The notes under the pieces were generated by a model that worked only from the letters and a program-made list of their open reading frames with translations, ran no database searches and had not been told where the DNA came from. Positions 41,301 to 53,300 of a stretch of 64,000 nucleotides of DNA are shown piece by piece. The DNA is from Balanoglossus misakiensis (Eukaryota > Animalia > Hemichordata). A program made the translations under genes and the position numbers. The number at the start of each line of letters is the position of its first letter. The first letter of the stretch is position 1. The stretch spans positions 9,429,403 through 9,493,402 of the forward strand of contig CM082587.2 in NCBI GenBank assembly GCA_040954595.2. The letters run 5' to 3'.

Positions 41301-44300
41301 ACTGATGTACATGTATGCATGTAAGCCCCAACCCCACCACCCCTTCCTACTTCACGAGACTTCATGTCTAATGTGTAATCTTGCATATTACAGATAATTA
41401 AGTTTTTTGTATCCCATACTTCAGAAATTCCAATGATTGGAAATTTAGACTTGATAATATCTTCATATAGTAATTTTAAGGCATCAACATTTCTTTTTTT
41501 ATCATCTGACATTTACATGGGATATACTCAAAGTTCTACAAAACTGGGTAAAAATGTGCCAATCGAAGTTAAAGGGTAGAAGGGTAGAATGACTTACATT
41601 AAAAAGTTCGCCATCATTTGTAGTTGTGAGATCAGTGTTCATATGATTGTATATCGTTCAAAGAAGTTAGACTATGTTGGATAGTTGTGCTTCTCTTGAG
41701 ACGGTGAGTGGTGCTGACTTGGCATTCTTCTTCTGATGGATTTTGCCATTGTTTGTTCACATAAACTGATACTGGGCCTTCTTTCTTGTTGTGTTGACTT
41801 TGCAGTTTTCGTTGATGGATATCTTCGATGGGCTGTCTCTGGCAGTGGTATTCTTTAGTCTCCTCCTATTGTCGTAAATGCTGTTTCTTGCTTTCCTAGT
41901 GATAAAACGAAGTATGATGGGTCGTGGTCGTGAGCGGTTGGGCTGATTATTGCTGGTACGTGGTCTCTCAACAGCTCTTGTATGATGGGCAACATCGATG
42001 TCATTTCCATTGATTGCGGGGTTGATTTTCTTCAAGATTGATAGAGCTGTGTCATTGACGTCTTCATTGTCTCGTTCTGGTACACATGTAATTTCTAGAT
42101 TTACCCTTCGATGATATTGGTTCAGGTTGGAAATTTCCCTCTCAAGTGTACATACACGTTGACCCAGTTTGTCGTTGTCTTCTTGTATTTGGTGGTTGAT
42201 ATGGACAGTATATCTAGACGGGTTGACATTTCTTCAACCCTGGTGTTCAAAAAGTTCATCGAGTCGTAAATTTGTTTTTGTTGGTTTTTCACCTCTGCCA
42301 GGTCGTTTCCAATTTTTGCTAGTTGTGCTAGAATAGGTTGTAACAAGTTCTGAAATTATTCCGAATTAACTGCGTCATCGCCTTTGTCTATGCTATTGTC
42401 TTGTGAACGGTCGGCCATGTTGTTTGACGGAATACTTGGTTGTGTTGAAGTCTTACCGAATCTCTTGTCATTACAGCTTTGGCACAGCATGCAGTCGCAT
42501 TGACATAGTTTCACTCCTCTCTTGGTATTACAATCTTTGCACTTAATCTTGCAGGTTTGGATATAATGGTGGTAAAGGCGTAAAAAAATACGAGATTTCC
42601 ACGAGTGACTTCACAGGCTTGCGGCTCGGAGTACCTGAAAGTGATTTTTTTTCCAGTGTACACTTATTCCTGTGTAATCTATAGATGGGACCACAGTGTC
42701 CTTGATGTTATGTTTATAATAGATTCAATATGTCCACTTTATGATACTCAGGTTGCCTCATTAAGACGTCTTCAGAAGCCAATGTCTGACAAAGTAGCTG
42801 GTAGAGTGACCAAAAGGATTGGACCAGAAAAAAAGAATTATACGAATCCAAAGCTACCCCTGTCAGCAGCCACAAGAAAAAGACATCAACGGAAAGGGAC
42901 TAGTGATTATTCTACAAAGGTAGCCAGGCATAAATGGCAGTCCGTTGAGAAGAAGGTAAGAATTTTTTAACAACCAGATATTAACTGAATATACTCATGG
43001 CAAGTTTCAAAATCTTATGAGGTTATTACGAAAATACCCCAAAGTATGCACAAGAACATTTATAGCGCGGTGTGCATATCCGAGTGCATACTTTGCAGTG
43101 TTTCGTAATAACCTTATTATTATACATCTTACATCTCGGTTAGTTCTTGTGTGGCATGGTACTTGGCTTTCAAAACGCTGGTACGATCCATTGTAACCGC
43201 TCAGCTGAAACACAGCAGTGTTAGTGAGCAGCCATGGGACCTTATGGAATCAGTTGCGTCTTTATGTATGGATGTATGTACAGTCCAACCTTGATATAAC
43301 AAAAACCATGGGACCTCAATAAACTCTTCGTTGTATCCGTATTTCTTAATAACCGCTGTCGGTCGGGGGTACTTTCCAATGACAAAATGGCGTCCTACAT
43401 TTTACGTGTACAAGAATAAACACATCACACGTTCCGCACCACACTTCATTGGACACACTCATACAAGAATGACATGAATAAAAGTCTTGCACTGCGAATA
43501 CCACATTGTAAATGTATTTTATTCTTTACTGCTGATATTACCTTTGTAATATCGTAAATACATGAATCAAACTACATGTACATTGTACATTGAATTAACT
43601 CCATTAAAAATACAAACACATTCTTTTAAGACTTAACATTTTGTTTCTGCATACTCTGATATTCGTGAAATAAAAACTTGCAAAGGCTTTAAGATTTAAG
43701 AGTTCAGTGTTCGTTAATCGTCGGAGAAAGTCTGTAATCTTGGTTTGATGGCAACTGGAACATATGGCCGTCAACATAATATCTTCGATGTTTGAAAGTT
43801 CGGCAAACACTGATGGCTGAATATTCGCACGAGACTGCATGTAACTTCGCATTTTCAATAAACACTGCATAGCTTCAGATGTTAATGGGACAGTATCGTT
43901 ATCTGATGCAACTGGAAGATACGATGTCCTCATCTGATGGGGTTTCCCACGTCGTAGTGTTATCATTGGCTGCAACAAAGTCCGCAAATGAGTCCGGCAA
44001 ATCTAAGTGGCGCAAGAGGCTTTCCCACAGGCAGCCAACCTCCTCCTTTTGAACTTCGGGGTTTTCTTCGCTCGAACTTGCTGTTGTCGTTTCTCGATGA
44101 ACAAATTCATTTTTCCGGAAGCAGTTAGCGATAGTAGTGTCTGTAACCTTCTGCCATGATGAATGAATCATGTCAATGGCTTCCTTCACGTTGATTGCTG
44201 GATGGTTTTCCCCTGTATCAACAGACACCAGCGTTTGCTGTACAACCCGCTTTCGGTAGTAGCTCTTGAAATTTCTGATAACACCCTGATCAATCGGCTG

Positions 44301-47300
44301 CAACTTTGATGTGGTGTTTGGCGGTAGAAAGACAAGCGTGATGGACTTGAGGGTTTTCACGGCTGGGTAGGCGGGGCAGTTATCTACGAACATGAGAACT
44401 TTTCTTTTCTGGTGGGTAGATTTTCGATCGTCTTTATGTAGCCACTCTGTGAACAGATTGCTGACCATCCACGCTCATCTGTTTGCTTGGTAGTCGACAG
44501 GGAGGGAGTTAATGTTCTTAAAACAACTCAGATTATTAGATTTCCCCATGACAAGCAGGGTTAGTTTATCCGACCCATCCATGTTTGCACACAGCATCAC
44601 GGTGATCTGTTCTTTACTTTTCTTACCTCCCGGACATGTTTCATTCTTGAATGACATCGTCTTGTCGGGCATCAGTCTATAGAAAAGGCCAGTTTCATCT
44701 TTCGAACATATGAGTTTTAAGTTTTCTTTTGAAAGTCTCCAGGTTTGTAGATTCCCTGATGTCAAGAGGTAGTGCGTTCCACAGTTTAGGGGATGCATAA
44801 GAGAAGGCACGTGTATGGCTGCAGTAGATCACTGATGTAAGCGGGAGTCTGGTTATGGATAACTTTAAAAGTTATCAACAAAATTTTGTAGTCGATCCAT
44901 TCCTTGATGTCGAGAATGCAGGTTTCAATCGAAGACAGGGCTGAGGGGCCGGGGAGAGTCACGATGAGAAAATGAAAGATAAAGCTGATTGTCATCTGCG
45001 TACTGATGAAAATGTAGATTGTTCTTCAACGTTATACCGTGTCGTGCCTTGAACCGTTCCAGCCAACCGTTGCTGGCCTTGAATTCTGGATGGTGCAGCT
45101 TCTTCGCCAACTCGTCGGCTTTGGCTTGAAGGACAGGGCCGCTGACCGGAGTGTTCAGAGATCTTGTACTGGAAAACCATTTCAAAAGAGCTTGCTCGAC
45201 ATCATCGGAATCGTTTTCGACTAGGCTCAATTTTGTTGTGCTCATACCATAACCCACTCACAGTCCGTCTATCACACAGTCACGAAACGCTGCTGGATCC
45301 TTTGGGACAACCAATTTTAATACATCTGGAGGCAGTTTTATGATCAGGATGAACGTGTAGGGACAGTACAAGGGCATAAAACAAGTCTTATGAGGTCATA
45401 TGATGTCTTGTCTTCCTTTTCTGAACCTAACATGTAAAGAGTTTGAAAATGCAATAATAATCATGACCATAATAAATGTACCTTCCCAAGCTCCTCTGGT
45501 GTACACATTTTTAAAAAGCATGATGATACCATCATGTTGTGTCTGTGTATTCTTTCAGGTCCAAGAAATTGTAATACGTCGACAGACTGTTATGTGCATG
45601 GAAGATGACATGGAAAGATTCATGCAGGCAAGTACTATTTTGACATCATTTGGCTGTGACTGTGCTCACTCATGCTCAACATACTAGCTATCTTGGGGAG
45701 TAGTGAACCCCATCATCCCAACCAAAAATCTCAGTTGGTCTTCTGGTACAAGGAAGGCCTTCCTCTTGTGCATTTTTCTCAATATTGACGGCTGGTACGA
45801 CCTGTCTACTCCAGAATTCTGAACAACTTCTTATTCCTGTTGAGTGTCTTGAAGTTGAACAACCTGTATGATACACCTACTTCACATCCTAATTACGTTT
45901 AACTGTGACAAAAGTGCCACAATCCTCTCATATGTTTGCGCCAAATCTAGCCCTATGTCAGGGCAGTCAAATCCTGCAGCAGTCTGGTCAAATGCCTCAA
46001 CCATGGGTTCGAAGAAACTCTGCTCCATATCCATTAAAGGGACAAAGTCTCTCTCTCGCTGCCTTTTTTTCCATTAATTATATTTGATACAAGACACCGT
46101 TTGTTATTCCACATGTGGATATATACTGAATGAACGTTCAACCACACACAACTTCCATCCCCCTTATAGACAGGAGAGTGAAAAAAAATGGCCAAAATGA
46201 ATAATCGTTCTTTACCATTTATTCATTTTGGGCGAGTTTTTACTCTCATATCATACAAGTGGGATGGAAGTTTTGTGTGGTTGATCATTGATTCACTATA
46301 TATCCACATGTACATTAACATAAACAGTGTCTTGTATAATGTATCAAACATAATTAATGGAAAAAAGGGCAGCGAGAGAGAGACTTTGTCCCTTAAATCG
46401 ATACAAGAAAATAAAAAATAAACTTCCCGGTTGCCATTTGGTATGGACTCCTAACAAATTGGTCACTAACTACAGGAATATGACAGGATCCGTTGCTACC
46501 TACGGCCAAATTTAACTATATTGAGACCAATAAATTCGCTTTTTGACATTGTTTTGAATTGCTAGTGTTTATAACGCTATAGCAAACCACTATACTAAGC
46601 AATCACTTTCAAATATGCCTAGTAAGTCGAGAGGTTGGGATCAGGGTGGTGATTACCCAACCTACCCTAATTTTAACCCGCCAGTGGGAAAATCAATGTC
46701 AAATATACAAAATTTATGAAACTTGCAAGAATCCCGCAAGAACTATGACATCATTCTTCTACACTACGGCGGCCAGAGAAATAAAAAAAAAATTGCATTA
46801 TAAAAAAATTTTCCTATCTACCTACCCTATTTTTGAAAACCATGTAATCGGAACCGCACATATTTTTTTATTCGGCCTAACCATAAACACTTGCTACATT
46901 GTTGCATTTTGTGATTATTGTAATATGGTGGAAAGTGTAACAATTAGAGAACCATTATTTTGTGTCGTTAGAGCAGTTTGGGTAACTGTCCTGCTATACG
47001 GAAAACACATTTGTAGACTTTATGTTGTGCTGCAGAAAGAGCATGGAATTTTGGCCTGTACAAATAAAAGAAGGTCAGTGACGTGGATAGATAACAGGAA
47101 TCAGTGGGAAGATTGCACTGTTTAGCATAAATTTTTACAATGCAATACGGTTTTATATACATGTTTAACTGTGCGTTCTTGAGTGTCTTAGACCTTTAAT
47201 TGATCAATGAAGAGCTATTGGATGGGGGGGGGGGAGGGGAATTGAAAGATGGTGTTTAGGTGGCAGGTCCATTCCAGCCTCAGGTGAAAGGAAGGAAAAA

Positions 47301-50300
47301 ATAAGTCAAGGTAGCATGATCATGCACGAAAAAATTATAGTATCACCAGCAAACAACAACAAAACAATTAACTGTAACAAACTCAGACAGTTGTCTTTTC
47401 TTAAATGGACCAGACTTGAATTTATATTGAGCGAAAACTGAATATAACATTTTACAGCACTTATTTTTTCTGGTTTGCAAACGGTAACTTTTCCCAACTT
47501 GCTTTTATTTCATATAATTAGTGTAAGTATCTTATCCTCTGAAATAAATAACAATATTTACTTCTTTGTCTAAAGGAATTTGAAGCCGACTGACCCAAGC
47601 CTTCTCTTTTGTTCATGGTATTGAGATTAAGATGGGATTTATTTTGTAAACTCACTTTAATATTAATACAAAATCAACTATTTTTTATTTTATTTTTAGA
47701 ATCGTAAAATGCTGTGTAAAGACCGCGACAAACTATTGAGGAAGTGTAATGTTGCAGAGTCTATGGGCCAAGAAAATTTAGTCCGAGACTTGAGTGAACA
47801 GATTGACAGTATATCAGCTAATATTGACTATGTACAAGAAAGTATTCAAGAGTGCCAGGCAAATTTGGTGGAAATCACAGAGACAAAGGTAAGGCATTTT
47901 TATCTCCTATTTGATGTATGGTCACTTCTAGGTTGGTATGAATCCATCAGGTTGTCCAAAACGTCTACAAAAACTCAAAAATTGTAACTGTAGTAAATGA
48001 ATTATATACCAAATTACAAAGATGACTCAATACTTCTTTGTCCAAAGGAATTTGAAGCTGACTGTCCCAAGCCTTATCTTTCGTTCATGGTATTGAGATT
48101 AAGACGGGATTTATTTTGTATATACTAAATTACAAAGATGACTCAATCCTTTTCAAGCAATATTTTACACATTTATTAATATCCAAAAATGTTGAATTTT
48201 GACAACCAGAAACCAAATTAATCCCAGTATAGAATGTAGTATAGAATATAGTTCATTTCACTGCAATATGCAATGGTGGCAATGGTGTGGACAATAATTA
48301 ACAGTAAATTTGGATGTCTAAACTAAATGCAAGACAGTCATAATCGTAGCATATTGGGCTGGGTGGGCCAATAGTGTAACACTGACCATGGATGTCACCG
48401 CACCTGTAGAGCTTACTTCACAGTAATAATCACTGTAAGCCATTACCCAGCAAAAATCTACAGGGGGTAGGGTTGTTGAATTCGATTGACGTACATGTAG
48501 TTCGCACTGCAATGAGAGGGCGGCAGAGTTACTTAAAGGGACAAAGTCTCTCTCTCGCTGCCCTTTTTCCATTAATTATGTTTGATACCAGACACTGTTT
48601 ATGTTATTCTAAATGTGGATATGTAGTGAATCAACGTTCAGCCACACACAACTTCCATCCCGCTTGTATGATATGAGAGTAAAAAACTCGCCCAAAATTA
48701 ATAAATGGTAGAGAACGATTATTCATTTTGGCGAGTTTTTTTCACTCTCTTGTCTACAAGCAGGATGGAAGTTCTGTGTGGCCGAACGTTCATTCACTAC
48801 ATACATGTATCCACATGTAGAATAACATAAACAGTGTCTTGTATAAAACATTATAAATGCTCCGCAACAAAGTGCCCCATGACTCTCATCTCTGTACAGT
48901 CACTGGAATCATAATTATTTTGTACACTGACTGAGGACTTCATGTGAGATTCCATGTATTCCTGATCACAGAAAGGTCAAAATGAGCACCTTTGTTAATT
49001 TAAGTGTCCTCATAATGATACAATATTTGTACTAATATTTTAGCTATCAAAATTTCACACTGAAAGTTAATGTAAGACATACTTGTAGTGGTATGTAAAA
49101 TGTACGTACTCCTTAGACTGTTCATTAAATTTAATTCAAATACATGTACCATCTAAAAATACACACATAAATTAGCTATGATTAGTTCAATTAGGCCTGT
49201 TAATGCAGTTTTCCCACACTGGATTGTTTGTAAGCAATAAACTGAAAATATATGTAGTGACTGTTTTGGGGTCCCATTGGGATGTACCATGGGACCTTAT
49301 GGGATCGGTTGCGTCTGTATGTATGTATGTATGTATGGATGGATGGATGTATGTACAGTGAAACCTGGCAAAACCGACCTCACCTCGGACCACACATTCT
49401 GGTCGGTTTTCACAGTGGGTCGGTTTACTCAGAGTGGGCGTGGCTTCCCCCTCCCCATGAACCCTTTGACCCCGATCTCATACACACAGTGCACAGCAGA
49501 CACACGCACGATATGTACACGTTGTACATTCATGTATATTTCAAATAAAAGGTAATTAAAAAACTTCTGTACAGTGTAATTTCTGAAAATTGTTAAAAAT
49601 AAAAAAAGTAAATTCAAGTTCGTTCGCGTGCTGAGTGGGTAAACAGGAAGACGTACACGGTATTGTTACGATCGCATCGGCAGAATGTTGGGCAATTGAT
49701 TTCCTGGAAACTACTGATAAGTTGTCGTAAACAACATCCAGTCTATTTTTTCTTCATAAAACTGTCGAGAGATGATTGTTTAGGAAACATCGCTTCTGCA
49801 GTACTGTTTGATAAATCGCCGCCCTTGTCAACACTGCGTGGCCGCACTGTTGGTTGTACACTGTATTGTTTACAAAAAGAGATTCACACCTCGCCACCGG
49901 GAAGACTTATCAGTAAATTGCTAACGAAGTGTTGACAAACCGTCGCTTTGACTATTGTTTGGAAGACAGGAAAACCAAAATTAGCACATCGTTGCGGTAA
50001 TTTTTGATCAAAGACATGATTTCAACCTTTACAATAAAGTGATCGGTCGGTCTATTCAGGTTGAATTTGAGGGGTGGGACCGACCAACGCGGTCGGTGTT
50101 CGAAGTAGACAGTGGTCGGTATTCAGAGTGACTTTTACCATTGGCGTCAATGGGAAATTTTTGGGACTAAACAGATCGGTCGATTTTCACAGGAAGTCGG
50201 TTTACCCAGGGGTCGGTTTTGCCAGGTTTTACTGTATGTCTGTATGTCCGTCCACATCAAAAACTTGAAAACCGCTGCGTTTATCACCTTGATATTTGGT

Positions 50301-53300
50301 GTGCTGATGCAGGCTGGGCTGTAGATGGGAGTTTGTTCAAATGAAGTTGTCATTGCCAAAAATATGCAATTTAACTGGAAAAATGTGAATTTGGGCAAAA
50401 CTCAGTAACTCAAGAACTACTGGTCAGATTGCTTTGCAAAGTGGTGTGTATTTACTTTATTGAGTTGTTTTAATTAGGCAGGAACTCCCCTCCTGTGATT
50501 CATATAAACACAGCAAATTCCTGAATGATTCCATAACTGGCTAAGTTTTAAAGAGGCCAGCTGTTCTATTTAGTGTATGTACAGTAGATATGCCATTGGC
50601 AGCTTATGGGTCAGTCAGTGTTTGCCCATTGATCTCTCGCTATGTAGTATGTGTGTGTCTGTCTGTCTGTCTGTATATGGCCATGTACTCCGGTGTAGAC
50701 TTTTTCTTGTGTAATCACTCAATGGGACCAACGTATCCTTGACACAATTTTTAGGTCCCATTGGTTTTTACCATGGGACCTTATGGGATCGGTTGCGTCT
50801 GTATGTATGTATGGATGTATGTATGTATGGGTGGATGGATGGATGGATGGATGTATGTCTGTATGTCCGTCCACATCAAAAACTTGAAAACCGCTGCGCG
50901 TATCACATCAATATTTGGTGTGCAGATGCAGGCTGGGCTGTAGATGGGAGTTTGTTCAAATGAAGTTGTCATTGCCAAAAATATGCAAATTAGCTGAAAA
51001 AATGTGAATTTGGTCAAGACTCAGTAACTCAAGAACTACTGGTCAGATTGCTTTGCAAAGTGGTGTGTATTTACTTTATTTAGTTGTTTTAATTAGGCAG
51101 GAACTCCCTCCTGTGTTTCATATAAACACAGCAAATTCCTGAATGATTACATAACTGGCTAAGTTTTATAAAGGCCAGCTGTTCTATTTAGTGTATGTAC
51201 AGTACATATGCCATTGGCAGCTTATGGGTCAGTCAGTGTTTGCCCATTGATCTCTCTCGATGTGTGTGTCTGTCTGTCTGTATATGGCCATGTACTCCGG
51301 TGTAGACTTTTTCTTGTGTAATCCCTCAATGGGACCGCCGTGTCCTTGACGTGATTTTTAATTTATGCATAGACAGTGTTTTCTCCAGGATGTTGAGAGA
51401 AGGGGGGAATGTCCCCCCTTAGTCCAAAATTAAGGGGGGATTTGGTCAAAGTAGGGGGAATCATGATTTGCATAATTTATGTTAATTAGGTAAACATCAA
51501 GGAATGACAATTTTGAAAGTTAACATACTAACTGCCTTCATTCCATATTAAAAACAGCATAAGTAAATTACAACATTTTACATGTGAACTTGACAACATA
51601 TTAACAGTAACAGTTTTTTCTACTTTAAATTAGTAGATTTTGCAGAGGAAGACACCAGCTTGCATAACTTTCAGGGCATGTAATTTAAAAAATGCTGGAG
51701 AGCTGAAAATAACTCTCCTGAAATTATTCACACAAGTGGTAGGAGAGTGACTGGCAAGGAGAGTGAAATGAATAAAATATATGCAACTGCAAAAACAATA
51801 GTGTCTTTCTTTAATACTATACCTAGTAACAATTTTCTTGTTTGATTTTAAAAGTTTCAGTTTTAAATAGCTGCCAAAATATTAGATTGTGAAACCATTA
51901 ATAGTGAAATAAATTGAAGTGGTATATATTTCTTCAGATTTCTGCCTACACTTCTCCATCTGTGGCTAGGCACACTACTCAAATATACAGTCTCTGTACA
52001 TATTGAATGACTTTCCTTCCTAAGTAAGAAAACAAGGTCATGGAAAACTGATACATTCTTGATAATCTTGATAATTGTTACTTTCTGCCAACCCAATTTC
52101 AAAAGTCGCCATAACAACAACTTCCCTTGAGTGCAGAGTGTGTGTGCTCTAAATTTAGACGGTATCCAGATAGGCTGTTCCAACAATTGCACACTATAGC
52201 CCTGGAGCTAAATTACACGTAAATGAATGTGAAAGTCATCTACAACATAGTTTTGGGGGGTGGGAAGTTAAAATGTATAGGACAGCACGCAGTAATATAA
52301 CTCTGCATAGAGTTAATTACCTGTCTCTTCTTTCTTTTCAGGATGATGGTGAAAATGAAGAAATGAATGCTGTTATGAGTTCATGTACTTTGACGGAAGC
52401 CAGATATCTTATGGAACATTTCGTAAATCTTTCCATTGAGAAGGTAATGTAGGACATGTGAAAAAGATGTTTGTCACATGTACACACCGTGTTTATCTTT
52501 GCCGAACAGAATATACCGCGATTTATACTCTGGTTGTTCTATGTGTTGTTTCAAACGTCTATAGCATCAAAACTACAGTAAACCGTCGATTATCCGCATG
52601 CGTATGCGTGTTATATGTGAGATGTCGTTTACCGTCTACTGTATATTTGTTTGCGTCATTCTCAGATGTAAAAATATGTCCAAACCCAAATAATCGGTGG
52701 ATTTTAAAGATCAAAGTATTAATGTTCCACAATAAGAAATTCACTCTTTAAAAGTAAACATTTCTCTTGTAATTGTTGGGTGCAGAATCCCCTTACCAGT
52801 TCTGATCTAGTAGGATAACATGTCCTTTACATTTATTGTAGGGATTGTACGCAGTTCAGAGGGATGGCTATTGTAAAGAACTGGAAGCCAAAACACATCA
52901 GATGGAACAACAAATTCTATTGCAACAACAGCTATTACAGCATGTATTAACAGATGCTGACCAGTTGGATTTGGAAGTTCAAGAAATACTGAGTAATCCA
53001 ATGGCAGGTAATTATTTTTGCTGAAGTGTGTCAAGTTGTATGATTGATGCTGTTCACATGTAGTGTATTAGTCCTTTGGTTGTTGATTTATTCTGTGCCT
53101 TAATTAGCAGTTCGTAACACCTCCAAACTTGGCGAATTATTCACGAAAGTGCATTGTGACTCGCGCATGCACAATCAGAAGTTGCATGGAGTCGAATCCA
53201 GTCTGCGGTCAAATCATGTCACATCGAGAGTGCACCGGTTGACTGCAGAAGCAGTGTTCCTGTACCACCCTGTTCCTGTTCCTATTCCTATGGCTTCTTT

